The position numbers and the translations under genes are program-made. DNA of 64,000 bases from an uncultured Gemmatimonadales bacterium (GTDB lineage Bacteria; Gemmatimonadota; Gemmatimonadetes; Longimicrobiales; RSA9). The stretch lies in assembly GCA_963798845.1 (NCBI GenBank), contig CAWCUS010000006.1:352001-416000 (forward strand), given 5' to 3'. Of the stretch, positions 57,097-64,000 are shown piece by piece (position 1 is the first letter of the stretch; the number at the start of each line of letters is the position of its first letter). The notes under the pieces are model-generated. The model saw only the letters and a program-made list of their open reading frames with translations, made no database searches and was not told where the DNA came from.

Positions 57097-59758
57097 ATGC
57101 TGCCGGAGGGAATCCGTCGGGTCTTCCGCGCCCCTCGCCGAGCCGGCGACCAGGCGCGCAGGGACGTGGACGCGGAGATCCGCTTCCACCTGGAGAGCCG
57201 GATCGCGGAGCTCGAAGCCGAAGGGCACGATCGCGGCGAAGCGGAGCGCCGGGCCATGGCCGAGTTCGGGGACGTGGGCGCGGCGCGGCGGGCGCTGGGC
57301 CGGGTCTCGGTCCGACGCGAGCTGTCGCATCGCCGATCGAAGTGGGCCGCCGAGCTGGCCCAGGATGTTCGATTCGGGTGGAGGAAGCTGAGAGCCGAGC
57401 CCGGGTTCGCGGCGGTGGCGGTCCTGACGCTCGCGCTCGGGATCGGGGCGAACACGGCGATCTTCAGCGTGGTGGATGCCGTGCTGCTGCGCCCGCTGCC
57501 ATACCCGCGGGCGGATCGCCTGGTGAAAGTGTGGGAAACGGCCCCGGACGGCACCGCGACGAACGTCGTGTCCAGCGCGAACTTTCTGGAATGGCGAGAG
57601 GCGGCCACGTCCTTCCGTGCGGTCGGTGCGCACTCCTGGCTATTCGGCACGACCCTGACCGGGGTGGAGGAGCCGATGCGGCTCCAGGCGATCCGGATCT
57701 CGCCGTCCGCGCTGGCGGCGCTCGGGTCGGCGGCGGTGGTGGGACGGACGTTCACTGCGGCAGATGCGGAGCCCGGATCGCCGAAGGTGGCTCTGATCAG
57801 CGAGCGACTGTGGCGCACGCGGTTCGGCGGCGCTCCGGGGGTGGTGGGCCGCTCCATCACGCTGGACGGCGAACCGTTCGAGGTGGTGGGGGTCATGCCG
57901 GCGTCGTTCCACTACCCGGACCCGCAGGTGGATGTCTGGCGAGTTCTCGGGTTCGATGCCGATGACCGGGAGAACCGGCGGTCGCACCAGTGGAACGTGG
58001 TGGCGCGACTCCGGGACGGCGTCTCGCAGGAACGTGCGCAGGCGGAGATGGACGGCATTGCCGACCGCATCAGGACGGACCACCCGGAGGCCATGACCGG
58101 GTGGGGCGTGAACGTGGTGCCGTTGCGGGACGACATCGTCGGTCAGGCGAGGACGCTGCTGCTGGTGCTGATGGGAGCGGTGGGGGTGGTCCTCCTCCTC
58201 ACCTGCGTCAATCTGGCCAACCTCCTCCTGGCGCGAGCGACGGTGCGCGAACGGGAAGTGGCGGTGCGTGGGGCGCTCGGCGCCGGACGCCGCCGCCTGG
58301 TCCGGCAGCTGCTGGTGGAGAGCCTGCTCCTCGGCGGGATCGGCGGCGCAGTGGCGGTGGTCGTTCTTCTTCTGGGGCTCAACGGGCTGGTGGCGCTGGC
58401 GCCCTCGAACATCCCGCTGCTCGACGCTGTGCGCATCGATGCTCGGGTCTTCGCCTTCGCGGCTCTCGCCACGATCGTGGCAACGCTGCTGTTCGGGCTG
58501 GTGCCCGCGCTCCGTGCCACTGCCGGGGCTCCCGGCCAGGCGCTGCGGAGCGCGCGCGGATCCGGCATCGCGCACGGCCGCCTGCGGGCCGGGCTGCTGG
58601 TGGCCGAGATGGCGCTCGCGGTGGTACTGGTCGTCGGCGCGGGGCTGCTCCTGCGGAGCATGGTCCGGCTGAGCGAGGTCGATCCGGGGCTCGACGCAGC
58701 GAACGTCCTTCTGGTCCCGATCGATCTGCCACCGTCGTACCCGACCCCGGCCGCGCAGCTCGCGTTCTACAGGTCGCTGCTGGACCGGGTGGGCGGGATG
58801 CCCGGTGTGGTCGAGCGTGGCGGGGACGAGCGAGCCGCCGATGATGGGCTACCAGATAACCTTCAGCTACTACATCGAGGGCCGCCCCGCCGAGACTGCC
58901 AGCGGGCGGGAGGAGGACGAGCGGCTGCTGGCCGTCACGCCTTCGTATTTCAGGACGCTGCGGATCCCGATCCTGGAGGGACGCGGCTTCGAGCCGTCGG
59001 ACCGGGAGGGCGGCACTCCCGTCGTGATCCTGAGCGAGAGTCTCGCGCGCAAGCAATGGCCGAACGGCGGTGCCCTGGGCAGCCGGATCCGCTTCTCGGA
59101 GGAGCTGCCCTGGTTCGAAGTGGTCGGGATCGTCGGGGATACGCGGGTGGATGGACTCGACCAGCCCGCGCCCCCGGCCCTCTATCTCTCCTACGCCCAG
59201 CGGCCGTGGTCGTGGATGTCGTGGCTCGCCCTCACGATCAGGACCAGCGGGGACCCGACGTCCCTCGCCCCGGCCATCCGGAACGAGCTGGTCCGCCGGG
59301 ATCCCACGGTGCTGCCCGAGCGAATCGCCACGCTCCGCCGGCTCTACTCCGAGAGCGACGCCCGGCGCCGGTTCGCCACCGTGGTGTTCGGCGGATTCGC
59401 CGGGGTCTCGCTCCTGCTGGGGCTGGTCGGCGTGTACGGCGTGATGTCGTACATGGTGGCGCAGAGGACCCGCGAGCTGAGCGTGCGGATCGCTCTGGGC
59501 GCTCCCCGCAGCACGGTGGCGGTCGGGGTGGTCCGCCGGGGCATCGGGCTCGCTCTGGCCGGGATCCTCATCGGCCTGGGCGCCGCGCTCGCTCTTTCGC
59601 GTTTCATGGCGACGCTGGTGTTCGGCATCGGCACCCGCGACGCCACGACCTTCACCGTCATCCCCGTCGTGCTCCTGCTGGTGGCCGGGGCAGCCGCATA
59701 CGTGCCGGCCCGTCGGGCGACGCGGGTGGACCCCATGCAGGCGCTGCGAACGGACTAG
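57097..59758 (+). pseudogene. ADOP-type duplicated ABC permease with a +1 frameshift near 58810 (pseudogene or sequencing error)
   Basis: Permease motifs run in the 57097 frame to ...MPGV, then continue in the 58805 frame (SVAGTSEPP...[10 protein letters not shown], stop 59758). Confidence 0.8.
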
Positions 59759-59775
59759 GCGGCGTCCGGCGGAGC

Positions 59776-60702
59776 TCAGCGGCGCATCAGCTGCCGGGCG
59801 ACGAACCAGAGATTGGCGGGCCGTTCCGCGAGCCGGCGGACGTACCAGGGGTACCAGTGCTCGCCGTACGAGATGAGCACACGCACGGCCTCTCCCTCCG
59901 TCGTCATCTCCTCCTGGAGGTCCGTGCGGATGCCGTAGAGCATGTGGATCTCGAAGTCGCCCGGCGCCACGCCGTGCCGACGTGCAGAGGATCTCACGCG
60001 CTCGAGGAGGTGCTGGTCGTGGGTCCCGATGACGGGTTTGGCGGCCGCCACGTACGCCGGATCCCGGAACAACTCGACGGCAAGGTCGTGGAAACGGCGG
60101 TCGACGTCCTTCTTCCGGGGGAGCGCCACGTCGGCGGGCTCTCGATACGCCCCCTTCACCAGGCGCACCCGAATGCCCTCGTCACGTAGCGCGGACAGGT
60201 CGTCCGGGGTGCGGTGGAGGTAAGCCTGGAGGCAGACGCCGACATGGGACGAGAGGTGGTGCGCCCCACGGACGAGGTCGAGCGTTCGATCGACGTAGGA
60301 GCTGTCCTCCATGTCCACCCAGACCACGGTGCCGAGCGCGTCGGCCTTGAGCACCAGCCGCTCGAGGTTCTCCCGTGCCAGGTCCGCCCCGAGATCGAGC
60401 CCGATGTGCGTGGGCTTCACCGAGACCTGGCCGTCCACGCCCGACGACTCGATCCGCTCCAGCACGCTCTCGTAGTGGGCGGCAGTGTCGATCGCTTCGT
60501 CGGAGCTCGCGACGTTCTCCCCCAGCTCGGTGATCACGACGCCGATGCCGCTCCGCCCCACCCGGTCGGCGGCGTCGAGTGCATCCTCCAGCCGCTCGCC
60601 GGGCATGAAGCGCAGGACGGCCTGGCGGGCGAACGGACGCGTGCTGATGTAGCGCTCGAGGCGCGGCGACCTGGACATGCGGAGCAGGAGGGACCTCAAC
60701 AT
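59776..60702 (-). CDS. Proline dehydrogenase (monofunctional)
   Basis: SVKPT, VDMEDS, QAYL, RLVKGAY, GTHD, MLYGIR and RRLAERPAN motifs. Confidence 0.93.
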   Translation of the reverse strand: MLRSLLLRMSRSPRLERYISTRPFARQAVLRFMPGERLEDALDAADRVGRSGIGVVITELGENVASSDEAIDTAAHYESVLERIESSGVDGQVSVKPTHIGLDLGADLARENLERLVLKADALGTVVWVDMEDSSYVDRTLDLVRGAHHLSSHVGVCLQAYLHRTPDDLSALRDEGIRVRLVKGAYREPADVALPRKKDVDRRFHDLAVELFRDPAYVAAAKPVIGTHDQHLLERVRSSARRHGVAPGDFEIHMLYGIRTDLQEEMTTEGEAVRVLISYGEHWYPWYVRRLAERPANLWFVARQLMRR

Positions 60703-60899
60703 GGCGAGCCTGTGTCTCCCGAAGCTGGTGGGCGGGGGGCCGGTCCGCGACCGGCGACAACGACCGCGGCCCTGGCCGGCTCTCGTATTACGGCGACCGC
60801 GGCGCGGGTGTCAAGCTCACGCGCCGGGCGTGCACCCGGCGGCGGAATCGTCTCAATGCGCTATTCCGGTGCCCCTACTCGGCTGCGGTATTCGCCCGC

Positions 60900-63800
60900 A
60901 TGGCGAATCCAACCACCCTCGAAGCGCTGGCGCGCGCGGCGAACCACCGGGCGGGGCTCCTGTCGCTCCTGCGCGGGCTCGGCTTCGGCGGCCACGGCGA
61001 CGAGGTCCCCGAGCCGGTGTGGCCCGCCTGGGGGGTGGCGCCGCGTGGTGACGTGGCCGCGCTGCTGCTCGCGGGGACCGTCGGCACGCTCACCGCCGTG
61101 GTCCTCGAGCTGAAAGGGCGGCTGTGCGGTGACACGATCGCGGCCATCGCCGGCGCCATCCGGCGACGCAATCCAGCCCTCCTCTACCTGTTCGCGTTCT
61201 CCAGCCGCGTCTTCGAGGAGGTGGCTCTCGCCACGTTCGCCGCGGATTCCGAGTTCCGATACCTCCGCTTCGAGCCGGAACGACTGCGGCGCTCCGACCT
61301 GGATGCCCTCTGCGAGCTGGTCGCCGGCCCGGGCGAGACGGGGCTGGAGCTGGCCCTCCGGCACGCGCGCGCCCTCGACCGGTCCCGCATCACGCGCCGC
61401 TTCTTCAATGAGTTCCGCGCCCGGCGCAACGCCGTTTCCCGCGCCTGGACCGGAATCCCGGCAGTTGCGGAGCGGGAGCGGTCGGAGCTGGCGCTGCTGC
61501 TCCTCAGTCGCCTGACCTTCCTGTACTTCCTGCAGCGCAGGGGAGTGCTGGCCAGTGACGACCGCTACCTGCCTCACCTGTTCGGCGCGTGGTCGGACAC
61601 GCCCGGCGCGGGCTCGTCGTTCTACCGGGCCCGGCTGCGGCCGCTCTTCTTCGAGTCGCTGAACCGGCGCGTGGAGGAGCGCGCCCCCGCCGCGGCGGCG
61701 CTGGGCCCTCTGCCGTATCTGAACGGCGGTCTGTTCGAGCCTCACCCGCACGAGCGCGCCTGGCCGGGGCTGGACCTGCCGGACGCCGAGATGCGGGCGA
61801 TCTTCGACGACCTGCTCGAGCGGTACCGGTTCACCCCCCGCGAAGCGCTCGGGGGCGGCGGCTTCGGGGTGGACCCGGAAGTGCTCGGCCGGGTGTTCGA
61901 GGGGCTGATGGAGCCGGACCGCCGCCTCGATACCGGGAGCTACTACACCCCGTCTCACGTCGTCCACCGGATGGTGCACGAAGCAGTCGCCGAGTACGTC
62001 GCTGGGAAAGTCCCCGGCGTCGACGTACGCACCCTGCTGGCAGGCTGCGGCGCCCCCCTCGACGCGGCCGCGCGTTACCGGACCCGCAGCGCACTGCAGC
62101 GCGTGCGGGTGCTCGATCCTGCGTGCGGGTCGGGCGCCTTCCTGGTCGGGGCCCTGCACCACCTCGCCAGGGCGCTCGGCGCCGTGTCGGATGGCGATCC
62201 CCACGCGATCCGCGAATCCATCGTCGCCCGCTCACTGCACGGCGTGGACCTGCTCGATGACGCCGCCCTCCTCTGCTCGCTGCGGCTCTGGATCGCCCTG
62301 GCCGACGACGGCGGGGGCGAGGTCCGCCCCCTCCCCAATCTGGACCGCCGGATCCGACAGGGCGACGCCCTCCTCGATCCGCTGGACCTCGCTGCGACCG
62401 AGACTGCGCCTGGCGACGACTGGGTGCCCGCCTCCGATCCCGACCTCCGGCACGCGCTTCGGGCGCTTCCCGCGGCGGCACGCCGCTACGTGACCTCCGA
62501 CCCGAAGGCGAGGCCGTCCGCACGCGCCGGACTCGCCCGGGCCGAAGCCGCCCTCGCCCGCCACTGGGTGCGGGCCCTCTCCGCCAGACAGAGCACGTGG
62601 CTCCGCCATTTCAGGGCAGTCGCGGCAGACCGTGACCTGTTCGGCGACAAACCGCGCAGTGCTCGAACCGCCGAGACAGCATGCCGGCGCGCGGAGGAGC
62701 GACTGGAAGAGCTGAAAGTCGTGGCCCGCCAGCTCCAGGAGAAGGGATCGCTCCCGTTCTTCAGCTTCGGCGTCCATTTCGCCGCCGCGGAGCGAGGCTT
62801 CGACATCATCGTGTCGAACCCCCCGTGGGTGCGTGCCCACCGCTGGCCCGCGCGTCTCCGGACCGTGGCCGCCAAACGGTTCGAGGTGTGCCGTGAGCCG
62901 GGGTGGCCGGCGGCCACGCGCCTCACCGGCGTTCCGGCGGCCGCCGGGGCACAGGTGGATCTCTCGCTCCTGTTCGTCGAGCGGTGCGTGTCGCTGCTGG
63001 CTCCCGGCGGCGTGGTCGCCGTGCTGGTGCCGGCCAAGACGCTGCGCGCGCTCTACGGCGGGGCCATGCGCCGCATCCTATTGCGGGACCTCGAGTTCGC
63101 GTTGATCGAAGACCACTCGCTCGACGCCGGTGCCATGTTCCGCGCCGATACGTTCCCGGCCGTCCTCGTCGCGCGCCGGCCGACCACGCCCGGATCCCGG
63201 CAGGCGAACGGGCGGCCCGTCCGCGTCCATCTCGGGCGGCACCACGCGGCGCCGCTGGAGTTCGTGGCGAACCAGCTGGACCTCCCGGTGTTCCCGGGCG
63301 ATCCCGCGTCGCCCTGGCTGCTGGCTCCCCCGGATGCCGTGGCCGCGTTTCGGGCCATGCAACGAACCGGTGCGCCGCTGGGAGACAGCGGCCGACCGCG
63401 GGTCCATCGCGGCGTCATGACCGGTGCGAACGACGTCCTCCTGCTCAGGCGGGCCGAACCGCGTCTGGGCGGCCTGTGCCGGGTGGAGGCGGAGGGATAT
63501 CGGCGCCTGCGGCAGGGCGGTGGGGGGAGCCGGGAGGCGGCGCGCTCGAGGGCGTACGTGGAGACTTCGGCCGTGCGGCCGCTGGTGCGTGGTGCGGACA
63601 TCAATGCATTTTGTTATCGGACTACGAGTTACGTCGTGTGGTGCCACGAGGCGTCCGGCCAGGCCGTGGAGCCACCGCCTCGCATGGGTCGATATCTCTC
63701 CAGGCATCGGGCAGCGCTGGAGGCCCGGCCGGGCTGGCGCCCCGACATGCCGCTGGGTGCGGTGTTTCGCGTCGCGGCGGCGACGCTCGGGCCGAAGGTA

Positions 63801-64000
63801 GCGTGGCACGACCTCTCGGACACGCTGCGGGCGGTGGCCCTTCCGGGCAGCGTGAACTTCGATGGTCGTCTCAGAGAGCTGGTACCGCTGAATACCGTCT
63901 ACTTCCTGCCAGCGACGGAGCGCGACGGGGGGATGGCGCTGGCCGGGCTGTTGAACTCCCTGCCCGTGCGGACGTTCGCTCGGGCGATTGCCGAGCGCGC
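60900..64000 (+). CDS. Large N6-adenine DNA methyltransferase, Eco57I/type IIG-like (3'-truncated by the window edge)
   Basis: My translation from ATG 60900 gives PYLNGGLF, DPEVLGRVFE, GSYYTP, VLDPACGSGAFL, NPPW (about 62817) and PLNTVY in one frame. Absent from the ORF track, consistent with no stop inside the window. Confidence 0.85.
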   Translation, partial: MANPTTLEALARAANHRAGLLSLLRGLGFGGHGDEVPEPVWPAWGVAPRGDVAALLLAGTVGTLTAVVLELKGRLCGDTIAAIAGAIRRRNPALLYLFAFSSRVFEEVALATFAADSEFRYLRFEPERLRRSDLDALCELVAGPGETGLELALRHARALDRSRITRRFFNEFRARRNAVSRAWTGIPAVAERERSELALLLLSRLTFLYFLQRRGVLASDDRYLPHLFGAWSDTPGAGSSFYRARLRPLFFESLNRRVEERAPAAAALGPLPYLNGGLFEPHPHERAWPGLDLPDAEMRAIFDDLLERYRFTPREALGGGGFGVDPEVLGRVFEGLMEPDRRLDTGSYYTPSHVVHRMVHEAVAEYVAGKVPGVDVRTLLAGCGAPLDAAARYRTRSALQRVRVLDPACGSGAFLVGALHHLARALGAVSDGDPHAIRESIVARSLHGVDLLDDAALLCSLRLWIALADDGGGEVRPLPNLDRRIRQGDALLDPLDLAATETAPGDDWVPASDPDLRHALRALPAAARRYVTSDPKARPSARAGLARAEAALARHWVRALSARQSTWLRHFRAVAADRDLFGDKPRSARTAETACRRAEERLEELKVVARQLQEKGSLPFFSFGVHFAAAERGFDIIVSNPPWVRAHRWPARLRTVAAKRFEVCREPGWPAATRLTGVPAAAGAQVDLSLLFVERCVSLLAPGGVVAVLVPAKTLRALYGGAMRRILLRDLEFALIEDHSLDAGAMFRADTFPAVLVARRPTTPGSRQANGRPVRVHLGRHHAAPLEFVANQLDLPVFPGDPASPWLLAPPDAVAAFRAMQRTGAPLGDSGRPRVHRGVMTGANDVLLLRRAEPRLGGLCRVEAEGYRRLRQGGGGSREAARSRAYVETSAVRPLVRGADINAFCYRTTSYVVWCHEASGQAVEPPPRMGRYLSRHRAALEARPGWRPDMPLGAVFRVAAATLGPKVAWHDLSDTLRAVALPGSVNFDGRLRELVPLNTVYFLPATERDGGMALAGLLNSLPVRTFARAIAER

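Noticed and set aside
57097..60189. 1030-aa ORF as one real protein
   Set aside because: After about 58810 the translation loses permease character and runs antisense into proline dehydrogenase; the real C-terminus is in the 58805-59758 frame.

Overview
High-GC, gene-dense bacterial chromosomal segment with about 60 CDS. I saw no rRNA, tRNA, CRISPR array or transposase. Gene content (PadR plus duplicated ADOP-type ABC permeases, long-form IspH, an outer-membrane beta-barrel-like protein) suggests a diderm such as Gemmatimonadota; this is inference only. Most genes are housekeeping or metabolic: sufCBD-Rieske-sufS-sufU plus a distant SufT, peptidoglycan-remodelling enzymes, peptidases, thiolase, PfkA and proline dehydrogenase. 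Highlights: (1) an AcuC/HDAC-family deacetylase, a GNAT acetyltransferase and a Lys-rich histone-H1-like protein in tandem, a candidate writer/eraser/substrate acetylation module for the nucleoid; (2) a SelW/Rdx selenoprotein missed by the ORF track, with CxxU from an in-frame TGA and a SECIS-like hairpin, directly upstream of pfkA; (3) a compact cerR-spt-bCerS-like ceramide/sphingolipid operon; (4) an M20/GNAT/NSAR D-to-L amino-acid pathway split by a diguanylate cyclase; (5) a GyrA paralog lacking the GyrA-box, between two PadR-ADOP cassettes, one of them frameshifted; (6) a large N6-adenine DNA methyltransferase running off the right edge. All family calls come from motif recognition by eye; no searches were run.
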